Of a stretch of DNA of 64,000 nt, positions 10,373 to 19,885 are shown in pieces. Positions within the stretch are counted from its first letter, which is position 1. Each line of letters begins with the position of its first letter. The position numbers and the translations under genes were made by a program. Below the pieces are notes generated by a model. It ran no database searches and had not been told where the DNA came from. It saw only the letters and a list, made by a program, of their open reading frames with translations. Origin of the DNA: an uncultured Paenibacillaceae bacterium (GTDB lineage Bacteria > Bacillota > Clostridia > Lachnospirales > Lachnospiraceae); NCBI GenBank assembly GCA_963523055.1, contig CAURBV010000021.1:8556-72555 (forward strand). The letters run 5' to 3'.

Positions 10373-11274
10373 AACTGAGAGGAAAGGGAATTAATATTCA
10401 GGCATTGACCGAGACTGCCTGTTATCTTATTTTTGGTATACTGCTGTTCCGGCTGACTGTGACCGGCGGATATCTCTCCTATGTGACACCGAGAATGAAG
10501 CCCTATTTATATGGCTTATCTGCTATTATGGTTCTATGGGCAGCAATGGGGGCAGGAAGAATTTTCAGCCCCAAATACAGATGTCGCCTGTTTCATTGTC
10601 TGGTTCTTGGAATTCCGATTCTTATATTGGCAGTTCCGCCAGCTCCACCAGAGGGCAGTGCTGCAGTTAAGAATTATTCAAACGCCAGTATTCCAGGTTC
10701 TTCCCAGGAAAGGGACGGGAGCGGTTATGACAGCTTCAGTGCTCAGGAATCTACAGGGTATGATTATTATGATAATGAAACAGTGGAGGAACAACCAGAT
10801 TACGGTGCTGGTTATGATGGGGAAACAGAGGACGGGCAGCAGGCACAAATTCAGCAGGATCAAAATCAGCAGCCGGAGCTCTTAAAAGGAGCCGGATTAA
10901 ACGGTATTGATGAAAAAGCGAAAACCATCAATATCGCAGATAACGATTATTATGCATGGATGACAGAGCTGGGAGCTCATGCAGACAAATACCAGGGGTA
11001 TACTGTTACCATGAAGGGTTTTGTATTTCTTGATCTGGAAAACCGGCAGGAAAATGAATTTGCCCTGGTCCGTCTGTCTATGTGGTGCTGTTCTGCTGAT
11101 ATGTCACCTATGGGCCTGATGGCGGATGACTTAAATGGACTTGGTTTTAAAGAGAATGACTGGGTTACGGTTACGGGTAAACTGCTGGTAAAAGACGGGT
11201 ATCCCACCATAGAAGCAGAAACCATTGTGGCAGCGGAAAAACCGGAGCAGGAGTATGTCTATCCTTATTACTGA
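10369..11274 (+). CDS. TIGR03943/YcgQ-like (DUF1980) permease partner
   Basis: 3 N-terminal TMs with YVTPR, acidic linker, RLSMWCCSAD, WVTVTG, P..EYVYP; start overlaps the permease stop. Confidence 0.82.
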   Translation: MKLRGKGINIQALTETACYLIFGILLFRLTVTGGYLSYVTPRMKPYLYGLSAIMVLWAAMGAGRIFSPKYRCRLFHCLVLGIPILILAVPPAPPEGSAAVKNYSNASIPGSSQERDGSGYDSFSAQESTGYDYYDNETVEEQPDYGAGYDGETEDGQQAQIQQDQNQQPELLKGAGLNGIDEKAKTINIADNDYYAWMTELGAHADKYQGYTVTMKGFVFLDLENRQENEFALVRLSMWCCSADMSPMGLMADDLNGLGFKENDWVTVTGKLLVKDGYPTIEAETIVAAEKPEQEYVYPYY

Positions 11275-11317
11275 TAAAGCAGGAGAAAGGTGTGTAATGC
11301 ATTTTTCTCCTGTTTTA
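11275..11317 (+). terminator. Terminator of the zinc operon
   Basis: TAAAGCAGGAGAAAG / TTTTTCTCCTGTTTTA inverted repeat. Confidence 0.75.
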
Positions 11318-11318
11318 T

Positions 11319-11333
11319 TGATATTTAATCTCA
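11319..11333. promoter_or_regulatory. Putative Fur box
   Basis: TGATATT-T-AATCTCA versus the 7-1-7 consensus TGATAAT-N-ATTATCA, upstream of an iron ABC operon. Confidence 0.5.
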
Positions 11334-11390
11334 GTTGTCTTATGTTGACAGATGGTGGATCCAATGATAGACTGTACAAGTATTTTTAAG

Positions 11391-11408
11391 AGTTAGCATA
11401 AACTAACT
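11391..11408. promoter_or_regulatory. Palindromic operator, DtxR/MntR-like
   Basis: Perfect AGTTAG-N6-CTAACT upstream of the siderophore-binding gene. Confidence 0.5.
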
Positions 11409-11449
11409 AATGAGAAAATAAATCAATAAGAACAAAGGAGTGTATAAGA

Positions 11450-12418
11450 GTGAAGCTTATAAAACTTTTTTCCGGATTTATGGTACTTACAGTTCTCTTA
11501 ACTGGATGCGGGCCATCCGGGCAGAGTGAGGAGAGTACGAAAACAGAAGCCGTAACTGCCAAGACAACGGAAGGGGAGTCTGCCAGAGTCATTGAACATG
11601 CCATGGGAACAACGGAGATAAAAGGAACGCCTCTCAGAGTTGTAACACTGTTTCAGGGAGCAACGGACAGTGCCCTCCTTCTTGGCGTAACCCCTCTTGG
11701 TGCAGTAGAATCCTGGGCAGAAAAGCCGGTTTACGAATACTTAAGGGGTCAGATGGATGGTGTGGTGAATTTAGGAATAGAAACCCAGCCGAATCTGGAA
11801 GAAATTATTGCGTTAAAGCCAGACTTAATTATTGCTTCTAAAGTCCGCCACGAAAAAATATATTCCCAGCTCAATGAAATTGCACCAACTGTTATGGTAA
11901 ATGAGGTGTATCAGTGGAAGGATACTTTGAATATCTGTGCAAAAGCCCTGAACAAAGAAGAAAAGGCAGGAGAATTTTTTGCAAAGTGGGATGAAAAAAC
12001 TGCATATTTTAAAGAGAAGGCAGCAGATAAAATCAAGGATACCAAGGTGGCTGTCATTGATTTCAGAGCGGATCATGCGCGGATTGTCTATACAGGCTTT
12101 GCTGCTACGGTATTAGATGACATGGGAATTGAACGTCCGGAAAGTCATAAGAAAGAGGAGTGGGGTGTTATGCTGCAGTCTGAGGAGGCAATTCCCCAGA
12201 TGGAGGCGGATCTGATTTTTGACCAGACCAACTTAAATGAGGCAGAAAATGTGACAAACCGGGATAAATGGACCTCCAATCCATTGTGGTCCAATCTGAC
12301 CGCAGTAAAAAACAATCAGGTATATCCGGTTAATTCTGTATTCTGGAACAGCGGAGGCGGCCCTCAGGCAGCCATGCATATGCTTGAGGAAGTATATGCA
12401 TTTTACGGAGTAGAATAA
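11450..12418 (+). CDS. Iron-siderophore ABC substrate-binding lipoprotein
   Basis: Lipobox LTGC; HAMGTT, QPNLEEIIALKPDLII, IAPTV, WSNLTAVKNNQVY. Confidence 0.9.
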   Translation: MKLIKLFSGFMVLTVLLTGCGPSGQSEESTKTEAVTAKTTEGESARVIEHAMGTTEIKGTPLRVVTLFQGATDSALLLGVTPLGAVESWAEKPVYEYLRGQMDGVVNLGIETQPNLEEIIALKPDLIIASKVRHEKIYSQLNEIAPTVMVNEVYQWKDTLNICAKALNKEEKAGEFFAKWDEKTAYFKEKAADKIKDTKVAVIDFRADHARIVYTGFAATVLDDMGIERPESHKKEEWGVMLQSEEAIPQMEADLIFDQTNLNEAENVTNRDKWTSNPLWSNLTAVKNNQVYPVNSVFWNSGGGPQAAMHMLEEVYAFYGVE

Positions 12419-12437
12419 GAGAAAAGGAGAAAGGCAT

Positions 12438-13451
12438 ATGGCTTGGCTGCGGACCACAACACAAAAAACAGCAGTATTAACTGGACTTCTTGCAGGAATG
12501 GTGCTCTGCTTTGGAGCCAGCGTATCTCTTGGTACTTATTCCATTGCTCTTCATGAGGTAGTTCAGGCGTTTATTCATTTTGATCCTGGTTTAACGGAGC
12601 ATATTCTGGTGATACATACAAGACTTCCAAGAGCAGTCACAGCCATGCTGGTGGGTGGGAGTTTAGGGGTTTCCGGCGTGCTGACACAGGCACTGACCAG
12701 AAATCCCCTGGCTTCCCCCAGCATCCTGGGGATAAATTCAGGCGCTGTATTTTTTGCAGTACTTGCTTCCTCCTTTGCAGGGAATCTGCCGGCGGAAGGT
12801 GTTTTATGGGCAGCTTTTGCAGGCGCGGCTCTTTCTGCCGTTTGTGTATACGTTCTGGGGTCGGTAGGGAGGGATGGACTTACGCCTGTTAAGATTGTGC
12901 TGGCCGGATCTGCCATTACTGCACTTTTTTCTTCTTTTACCCAGGGAATTCTGGTTTTAAGCGAATCGGGGATCCGCAACACCTTATCCTGGCTGGCAGG
13001 AGGAATTGCAGGCCGTGATATGAAGCAGCAGATGATGGTGATCCCTTATATGGCAGCAGGTATGCTTCTGGCCCTGCTGCTTTCGGTTCCTGTGAATATT
13101 TTATCTTCAGGAGATGACGTTGCAAAAGGACTGGGACAGCGTACGCTGCTGGTCAAAATAATGATGGGAGTTTCCATTATATTATTAGCAGGCAGTTCCG
13201 TGGCAGCAGCAGGCTCCATCAGCTTTGTGGGTCTGGTTGTTCCCCATTTATCCAGAAATCTTGTGGGGCAGGATCACAGATGGATTATTCCTTACAGTGC
13301 AGTACTGGGAGCAGCCCTTTTATTAATTGCTGATGTACTGGCCCGATTTATTGTCATGCCTTCCGAAGCACCGGTAGGAGTCATGACAGCTCTCATTGGT
13401 GCACCATTTTTCATCTATATCGCAAGAAAAGGAGGGAAAGGCAGACAATGA
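12438..13451 (+). CDS. Iron-siderophore ABC permease (FecCD family)
   Basis: RLPRA, TRNPLASPSILGINSGA, FVGLVVPH, GAPFF. Confidence 0.92.
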   Translation: MAWLRTTTQKTAVLTGLLAGMVLCFGASVSLGTYSIALHEVVQAFIHFDPGLTEHILVIHTRLPRAVTAMLVGGSLGVSGVLTQALTRNPLASPSILGINSGAVFFAVLASSFAGNLPAEGVLWAAFAGAALSAVCVYVLGSVGRDGLTPVKIVLAGSAITALFSSFTQGILVLSESGIRNTLSWLAGGIAGRDMKQQMMVIPYMAAGMLLALLLSVPVNILSSGDDVAKGLGQRTLLVKIMMGVSIILLAGSSVAAAGSISFVGLVVPHLSRNLVGQDHRWIIPYSAVLGAALLLIADVLARFIVMPSEAPVGVMTALIGAPFFIYIARKGGKGRQ

Positions 13452-14473
13452 AATTACGATCTAAAACTGCAGCTGCAAAAGGTGCATCAGCCCCAAAAAG
13501 AAAGCTTCTGGCACTTTCCATATTACTGGCTGCTTCCTATGCGGCCTGCGTCTGCGCCGGATCTTTGATTCTTTCTCCAGATACTGTTCTTCTTGGAATT
13601 CTCGGAAAGTCTGACAGTCAGGTGAAAATGATTCTGGAGACCGTCCGGCTTCCCCGTGCCACAACTGCGGTTCTTGCAGGAGCAGCACTAGGTGTTTCCG
13701 GAACTCTGCTTCAGGGCACCATAAGAAATCCGTTAGCCGCTCCCAATGTAATTGGTATCACCGGAGGAGGCAGTCTTTTTGCCGTTCTGTTCCTCAATTA
13801 TTTTCCGGATGGTGGAACGGTTTTCCTTTCCCTAGCATCGTTTCTGGGAGCACTTGCAGCAGCCCTGGTTGTCTACGTGCTGGCATTTAAGAAAGGAGTA
13901 ACCCCCATACGGCTGATTCTGGTCGGGATTGGTGTTTCATCTGTAACAAGCGCACTGACCACCCTGCTGCTTTCTAAAAGTAAAAATGCGGCAGTGGATA
14001 AGGCTTATTTATGGATGGTGGGCAGTGTGTATGGTGCGGACTGGAATGATGTGCGCCTTCTTCTGGCCTGGTTTTCCATTTGCTTTTTATTTTCAATGGT
14101 ATACTCCCGTCATATCGATGTGCAGGGGTTGGGAGATGAAGTGGCAGCAGGTCTGGGAGCTCAAATACAGAGACACAGAGCAGTCATCATTTTACTCAGC
14201 GCTGCTTTATCAGGAGGTGCGGCAGCGGTGGTAGGAGCCATTGGATTTATCGGTCTCATCGCACCTCATATGGCCCGCCGTCTGGTGGGGACAGAGCATA
14301 TCTTTCTGCTGCCGGCCTCGGCACTGATCGGTGCTTTGATCCTGCTGGTTTCTGATACGGTTGCCAGAACGGTATTCCTGCCGGTTGATGTGCCTGCAGG
14401 AGTGTTTACTGCCGCCATTGGAGCCCCGTTTTTCATTTACCAGCTTTACCGCAGCCGCAATCAGTCCAATTGA
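13448..14473 (+). CDS. Iron-siderophore ABC permease (FecCD family)
   Basis: RLPRA, RNPLAAP, FIGLIAPH, GAPFF. Confidence 0.92.
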   Translation: MKLRSKTAAAKGASAPKRKLLALSILLAASYAACVCAGSLILSPDTVLLGILGKSDSQVKMILETVRLPRATTAVLAGAALGVSGTLLQGTIRNPLAAPNVIGITGGGSLFAVLFLNYFPDGGTVFLSLASFLGALAAALVVYVLAFKKGVTPIRLILVGIGVSSVTSALTTLLLSKSKNAAVDKAYLWMVGSVYGADWNDVRLLLAWFSICFLFSMVYSRHIDVQGLGDEVAAGLGAQIQRHRAVIILLSAALSGGAAAVVGAIGFIGLIAPHMARRLVGTEHIFLLPASALIGALILLVSDTVARTVFLPVDVPAGVFTAAIGAPFFIYQLYRSRNQSN

Positions 14474-14486
14474 CAGGAGAAAACAT

Positions 14487-15296
14487 ATGAATGAATTATT
14501 GACCAATCAATTATCTCTGTCCTACGGAGACCAGCTTATTATCGAACGATTAAATCTTCACATTCCAAAAGGAAAGATCACCATACTGGTGGGAAGCAAC
14601 GGGTGCGGGAAATCAACACTGCTAAAATCACTCTGCCGCCTGTTAAGACCAAGCAAAGGAAACGTGGTTCTGGACGGACAGGATATTTTTAAAATGTCAA
14701 CAAAGGCTGTGGCGAGAAAACTGGCGGTATTGCCTCAGGGTCCGACGGCGCCAGAGGGGCTGACCGTTTCCCAGTTAGTAAGACAGGGCAGATACCCTCA
14801 TCAGAATTTTATGGGGCAATGGACCAGACAGGATGAGGAAATGGTGCAAAAAGCCATGAAAGATACCAATGTCTCAGGTATCGCTGACAGAACTGTGGAT
14901 TCTCTCTCCGGCGGCCAGCGGCAGCGTGCCTGGATTGCCATGACTCTTGCACAGGGAACGGAATACCTGCTTTTAGACGAACCGACTACATATCTGGATC
15001 TTGCCCATCAGATTGAGGTGCTGGATTTGCTTTATGACTTAAATGCCAGAGAAGGACGCACCATCGTTATGGTGCTTCATGATTTAAATCTTTCCTGCCG
15101 CTACGGTCATCACATGGTCGCGTTAAGCAATCGCAGGGTGTATGCAGAGGGAGCTCCGGAAGAGGTTATGACTGCAGAGACAGTCAGAAAAGTCTTTCAT
15201 CTGGAGTGTGAGATCTCAACAGACCCATTATTTGGAACACCTTTACTCATTCCCCATGGCAGAGGAAGGAGCATGGGCCCAGTCCATTCTGGTTGA
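14487..15296 (+). CDS. Iron-siderophore ABC ATPase (FhuC/FecE-like)
   Basis: Start moved to ATG 14487 after AGGAG; GSNGCGKST, LSGGQRQRAWIAM, DEPTTYLD. Confidence 0.92.
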   Translation: MNELLTNQLSLSYGDQLIIERLNLHIPKGKITILVGSNGCGKSTLLKSLCRLLRPSKGNVVLDGQDIFKMSTKAVARKLAVLPQGPTAPEGLTVSQLVRQGRYPHQNFMGQWTRQDEEMVQKAMKDTNVSGIADRTVDSLSGGQRQRAWIAMTLAQGTEYLLLDEPTTYLDLAHQIEVLDLLYDLNAREGRTIVMVLHDLNLSCRYGHHMVALSNRRVYAEGAPEEVMTAETVRKVFHLECEISTDPLFGTPLLIPHGRGRSMGPVHSG

Positions 15297-15321
15297 CAGA
15301 CATCCCTGGCTGATTTAAAAT
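15293..15321 (+). promoter_or_regulatory. SigA promoter for the HD-GYP gene
   Basis: TTGACA-17 nt-TAAAAT. Confidence 0.65.
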
Positions 15322-15389
15322 AAACTTATACAGAATTTACCAGTAGACAGGTAATCTGCTGGTTTGGATAAGGAAGGAGCCCATACGAT

Positions 15390-16601
15390 ATGCAATTCAG
15401 CTTAAATGATTTTTTAATCGCTGTCTCCTTTGCATTGGACTTTATGGAGAAGGACCGGCTGGGAATGCAGTCCAATCATGGAAAGAGAACGGCTTATTTA
15501 ACCGTATGTATAGCCAGGAGGATGAATTTATCAGAGGAAGAGATTTATGATGCAGCTGCGCTTTCCATCTTACATGATAACGGTTTAAGTGAATCAAGCC
15601 TTTATGAAGATCTTGCCGGGGAATGGGATCATGCAGTAACCAGATTCGAAGGCTCCAGAGGCCATTGCATGATTGGAGAAAAAAATATAAAAGACTACCC
15701 GTTTCTGACAAAACCGCAGGATGTAATTCTCTATCATCATGAGCGTTATGACGGAAATGGGTATTTTGAGTTAAAAGGAGATGATATACCGCTCATCTCT
15801 CAGATTATTGCTGCGGCTGACAGTTTTGAAAACTATTTTAAGTTTGCAGACGGAGATTATTCTCATGGAGAGGTGCTGAAATGGCTGGCTATCTGTGAGT
15901 CTGGCATGGTTTGTCCAGAGCTTGCAAAAGTTATTCATCAGATGGTGGAAGATCAGTCAGTCTGGGATAATCTAAGCAATGACAGGATTGAACAGGCACT
16001 TGATGAAGTGATTCCGTCTTTTGAGATGGAGGTACCTCTGGATAAAATTCGTCAGGTTACCGGCGTATTCTCCAGAATTGTCGACTGTAAATCCAGCTTT
16101 ACCAGACGCCATTCCATGGGCTTGGCAGAAAAAGCGGCCCGAATGGCTGAATATTATAATAAGGATCAGGAGGAGACGGCCAGACTGATTATTGCAGCTG
16201 ATTTGCATGATTTAGGAAAGCTGGCTGTGCCGAACAGTATTCTTGACGTTCCTCGTGCCCTGACACCGGAGGAATTTGAGACAGTAAAAAAACATGTGTA
16301 TTATACAAGAGTTGCACTTGAGAAAATCAGGGGTTTTGAAGACATCACAGAATGGGCGGCCAACCACCATGAAAAGCTGAACGGCAGGGGATATCCCTTT
16401 GGTAAAACAGGGGCTGAACTGGATTTTAATTCGCGTATGATGGCATGTCTTGATGTGTACCAGGCACTTACGGAGGATCGTCCTTACCGGACTGGAATGT
16501 CCCATAGTCAGGCTGTTAAGGTACTTTCTGATATGGCAGACAGTGGTTTTGTGGATTCCGGTATTACAAAGGATATAGAACAGGCTTTTGGTTCTGTTTA
16601 A
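15390..16601 (+). CDS. Tandem HD/HD-GYP phosphohydrolase
   Basis: Two HD motifs (LHDNG, LHDLGK); HHERYDGNGY and HHEKLNGRGYP; RPYR. Confidence 0.88.
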   Translation: MQFSLNDFLIAVSFALDFMEKDRLGMQSNHGKRTAYLTVCIARRMNLSEEEIYDAAALSILHDNGLSESSLYEDLAGEWDHAVTRFEGSRGHCMIGEKNIKDYPFLTKPQDVILYHHERYDGNGYFELKGDDIPLISQIIAAADSFENYFKFADGDYSHGEVLKWLAICESGMVCPELAKVIHQMVEDQSVWDNLSNDRIEQALDEVIPSFEMEVPLDKIRQVTGVFSRIVDCKSSFTRRHSMGLAEKAARMAEYYNKDQEETARLIIAADLHDLGKLAVPNSILDVPRALTPEEFETVKKHVYYTRVALEKIRGFEDITEWAANHHEKLNGRGYPFGKTGAELDFNSRMMACLDVYQALTEDRPYRTGMSHSQAVKVLSDMADSGFVDSGITKDIEQAFGSV

Positions 16602-16613
16602 CGGGGGGAGTTT

Positions 16614-17801
16614 ATGAAGTATGAAAAAGTAGCATTATCAATTATTCTGGTTTCACTGCCATGCCTGGTTTTTGACTTTTTACTGCCTGCCTATACCACA
16701 GAGCTGGGCTACACCGTGTTTCAGTTAAGCATTCTGTATTCCGTTTATTCATTTTCATCGTTGGTAATGAGATTACTGATTGGGAAGATTTCAGACCGTT
16801 ACAGTCGGTTTCTGGTGCTGTGTTGTGCCATGCTTCTGTATGGGATCGCTTATTTTTTATTTTCCCAGACGAGAGGTCTGGGATACTTACTGGCCGCAAG
16901 AATAGTACAGGGAGCTGCAGGAATTCTCTTAACAATTTCAGCCATCAGCCTGATTACAGCTGAGAAAACAAGTTTTGCAAAGGGTCTTGGAAGGTATAGC
17001 GGAAATCGGCAGCTGGGCGGAATCATAGGAATCGGTCTGACATTTTATGTGCTAAACCGCACTGATTTTTTAGAGGGCTGGAGCCAGATCTTTTTAATCA
17101 GTTCTGCTTTTGCATTTGTTTCGCTGGTACTTCTATTTATAAAGAAACCTTCTCATACAAGTGAACCGGCTTTCCATACTGGGAAAGTGGTCTATACTCC
17201 CCTGGAACAGAAGATCTGGATGTTGAATCTTTTATATTGTATACCAGCCAGCCTGGTGGGAGTTTTAGTGATTCCATATATGATGGAGACATATCATGTG
17301 GGTATGCAGGCGATTGGATTAGTCTTTATGTTGCCGGTAATACTTACTGCCTTTTTAAGTCCAAGAATCGGACAGATTGGAGATAAGCTGGGCTATAAGA
17401 AAACAATTTTTTCCGCTACTCTGATTGCTGCTGCTTTCATGGTTTGGCTGGTTTTCAGCCCCAATCTGAAAATATTTGCCATTGTCTGGACCTTGTATCA
17501 GATAGCCCTTACGGCCCAGGACTATTCTTTAGATGCACTTTTTGTGCAGGGAGTTCCGGAACAGGTAATGGGAGATTTTTATGGAAAGTATATGCTTGGC
17601 ACCAGTCTGGGCGGAATCATTGGTCCTTTTATTGGAGGAAGTATTTTTTTTCTTGCTGGGGGAAGGGCGCCCTATTTTCTCTGTGCTGTTTTCCTGGCTG
17701 CTATCAGTATAATTGTGTGGAAACTGATCCCGGCAGGAGGAAAGTCCGATAGAGCTGTGGCTGGGTTGACAGAAAAACAAGATAGTGATATAGTCATTTA
17801 A
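16614..17801 (+). CDS. MFS transporter
   Basis: About 12 TMs; GKISDRYSR and GQIGDKLGYK motif A; ARIVQG. Confidence 0.88.
   Translation: MKYEKVALSIILVSLPCLVFDFLLPAYTTELGYTVFQLSILYSVYSFSSLVMRLLIGKISDRYSRFLVLCCAMLLYGIAYFLFSQTRGLGYLLAARIVQGAAGILLTISAISLITAEKTSFAKGLGRYSGNRQLGGIIGIGLTFYVLNRTDFLEGWSQIFLISSAFAFVSLVLLFIKKPSHTSEPAFHTGKVVYTPLEQKIWMLNLLYCIPASLVGVLVIPYMMETYHVGMQAIGLVFMLPVILTAFLSPRIGQIGDKLGYKKTIFSATLIAAAFMVWLVFSPNLKIFAIVWTLYQIALTAQDYSLDALFVQGVPEQVMGDFYGKYMLGTSLGGIIGPFIGGSIFFLAGGRAPYFLCAVFLAAISIIVWKLIPAGGKSDRAVAGLTEKQDSDIVI
17766..17794 (+). promoter_or_regulatory. SigA promoter inside the MFS 3' end, driving the ABC-F leader
   Basis: TTGACA-17 nt-TATAGT with extended TGn. Confidence 0.7.
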
Positions 17802-17822
17802 TCAAGAGTAAGGAGAGCAGAT

Positions 17823-17915
17823 ATGAATTTTTTTATTAGCGATCAATTGACAAGACGAATGAGCTCTGTACAAATCAACCCGGTGAAACATTGTACAGAG
17901 TATGGCGGTTACTGA
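17823..17915 (+). CDS. Putative 30-aa leader peptide MNFFISDQLTRRMSSVQINPVKHCTEYGGY
   Basis: RBS AAGGAGAG just downstream of the promoter; too short for the ORF track; followed by hairpins. Confidence 0.55.
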   Translation: MNFFISDQLTRRMSSVQINPVKHCTEYGGY

Positions 17916-17934
17916 TACGCTTATAAGATTCATC

Positions 17935-18112
17935 GGGAAACAGTGCAGCAATAAGAACAGCGTTACAGGCTGTTTCTTCTTTTGATGCCTGTTTTCCCTG
18001 CTTCTTTTTGCGGTGAAGGGTCATGGACAATGTTTTATTTGTTCATGGCCTTTTGTTGTATGAAGTAAAAACAGAAGGCTGAGGAGTTATAATCCAGGTC
18101 TTCTGTTTTTTA
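17935..18112 (+). promoter_or_regulatory. Attenuator-like region with three terminator-like hairpins
   Basis: Stems at 17935-17998, 18016-18054 and 18066-18112, each followed by U-rich sequence. Confidence 0.6.
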
Positions 18113-18198
18113 ATTTAAATTTAGCAGAGAGGATATTAGGATTAAAGGAGAAAAACGGTCTGTATTTGAAATGAACACAGGAAAGAAGGAAGTAAAAC

Positions 18199-19731
18199 GT
18201 GAGTTTATTGGAGATTACAGGCTTATCTCACTCATTTGGAGATAATCAGTTATTTTATGAAACAGATTTAGTTCTTAATAAAGGAGAACATATTGGAATT
18301 ACAGGGCAGAATGGTACAGGAAAAAGTACCCTGATTAAGATTTGTACAGACCAGATCATACCGGATCAGGGCAGAGTGGTGTGGTATCCCGGGACAAAAG
18401 TGGGTTATCTGGATCAATATGCCAGCATGAATAATGAGCTGACAATGAAAGCATTTTTAAAAACAGCATTTGAGGAACTTTATACTCTGGAGAAAAGGAT
18501 GAATGAGCTGTATGACCGTGCAGCCAGAGGGCAGGATGGAGCGCTTAAGGCGGCTGCAGTCTGCCAGGAACAATTGGAGCATCGTGATTTTTACCGGATC
18601 GATTCACAGATTGATCTGGTTTGTCAGGGGCTGGGACTCTCTTCCCTTGGGTTTAACCGTCCCATTGGAGAGATGAGCGGTGGTCAGAGGGCAAAAGTCA
18701 TTATGGCGAAGCTTTTGATTGAAAAGCCAGATGTTTTGCTTTTAGATGAGCCCACTAATTTTTTGGATCATGATCATATAGTCTGGCTTCAGGATTATTT
18801 AAGCGGAATCGAACAGGCATTTATGGTGATCTCTCATGACGAGGGATTTCTGACCAAAACTACAAACTGGATTTGTGATATTGATCAAAAAAGAGTAGTG
18901 AAATATTTTGGCTCTTACGGAGAATTTTTAAAAAAGAAGGCCCAGCTTAGGGAAAATTATACAAGGCAATACTGTGCCCAGCAAAAAGAGATTAAAAAGA
19001 CAGAAGAATTTATCCGTAAAAATATAGCAGGAAGAAAATCAAAAATGGCAAGAGGAAGGCAAAAGCAGCTTGACCATTTGGAACGAATGGAGGCACTGGA
19101 TCAAAAAGAAATCAGACCTTTTTTCCGGTTTGATCAGGGCGCGCTTCCTTCGGCAGGAAAACTGAAGGTATCAAATCTGACGGTAGGATACGGTTCACCT
19201 GTTTTGTCCTGTGTGAACTTTTCCATGAGAGAGGGGGAAAAGGTGGTGATAACGGGATTTAATGGAGCGGGTAAATCGACACTGTTAAAAACTCTGATGA
19301 ATCAGATTCCCGCCATAGGCGGTAATTATTGTTTTTCTGCAAAGGCAGTCATCGGGTATTATGAGCAGGATCAGGTATGGGAAAATGACAGTCTGACACC
19401 CTTAGAGATCGTATCGGATCATTTCCCATTGCTGGAGAGAATGGAAGTGAGAAAAAAACTGGCTCAAAACGGGGTATCAAAAAAACATGCGCTGCAGCCT
19501 GTGGGGACCTTAAGCGGAGGGGAACAGGCAAAAGTTAAGCTATGTCTGCTGACAGGAAGAACTTATAATTTTTTAATACTGGATGAGCCAACCAATCATC
19601 TGGATGTACAGGCAAAACTGGCACTTAAAGAGGCACTAAGGGAATTTTCCGGCACTGTTTTGCTGGTTTCCCACGAAAATTCCTTTTACAGGGACTGGGT
19701 GGACAGAGTGATCGATATCGGATCTTATTGA
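18199..19731 (+). CDS. ABC-F family ribosome-associated ATPase (YfmM-like)
   Basis: Two ABC domains (GQNGTGKST, GFNGAGKST; MSGGQ, LSGGE; DEPTN), no TM, short linker. Confidence 0.9.
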   Translation: MSLLEITGLSHSFGDNQLFYETDLVLNKGEHIGITGQNGTGKSTLIKICTDQIIPDQGRVVWYPGTKVGYLDQYASMNNELTMKAFLKTAFEELYTLEKRMNELYDRAARGQDGALKAAAVCQEQLEHRDFYRIDSQIDLVCQGLGLSSLGFNRPIGEMSGGQRAKVIMAKLLIEKPDVLLLDEPTNFLDHDHIVWLQDYLSGIEQAFMVISHDEGFLTKTTNWICDIDQKRVVKYFGSYGEFLKKKAQLRENYTRQYCAQQKEIKKTEEFIRKNIAGRKSKMARGRQKQLDHLERMEALDQKEIRPFFRFDQGALPSAGKLKVSNLTVGYGSPVLSCVNFSMREGEKVVITGFNGAGKSTLLKTLMNQIPAIGGNYCFSAKAVIGYYEQDQVWENDSLTPLEIVSDHFPLLERMEVRKKLAQNGVSKKHALQPVGTLSGGEQAKVKLCLLTGRTYNFLILDEPTNHLDVQAKLALKEALREFSGTVLLVSHENSFYRDWVDRVIDIGSY

Positions 19732-19885
19732 TAATTAATTTTGCTAAATATAATTTATTAAAACTATATTGACTTACGTAGAATAATATGGTAGTATTTT
19801 ACTATAATAATTGTTACATGAATAAAACACGTGAGAAGTGAGATGATTCTCATAGTGGTTTCATATAAAATAAGGAGGAACAAAC

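Noticed and set aside
14361..14486. N-terminal extensions in the ORF track (also at 22844, 26688, 27529, 42041, 55134, 56101)
   Set aside because: Most overlap the upstream gene, and downstream starts have better RBS or family-typical N-termini
19811..19828. Rex box upstream of the nitroreductase
   Set aside because: Only one half-site matches TTGTTAA-N4-TTAACAA, in AT-rich DNA
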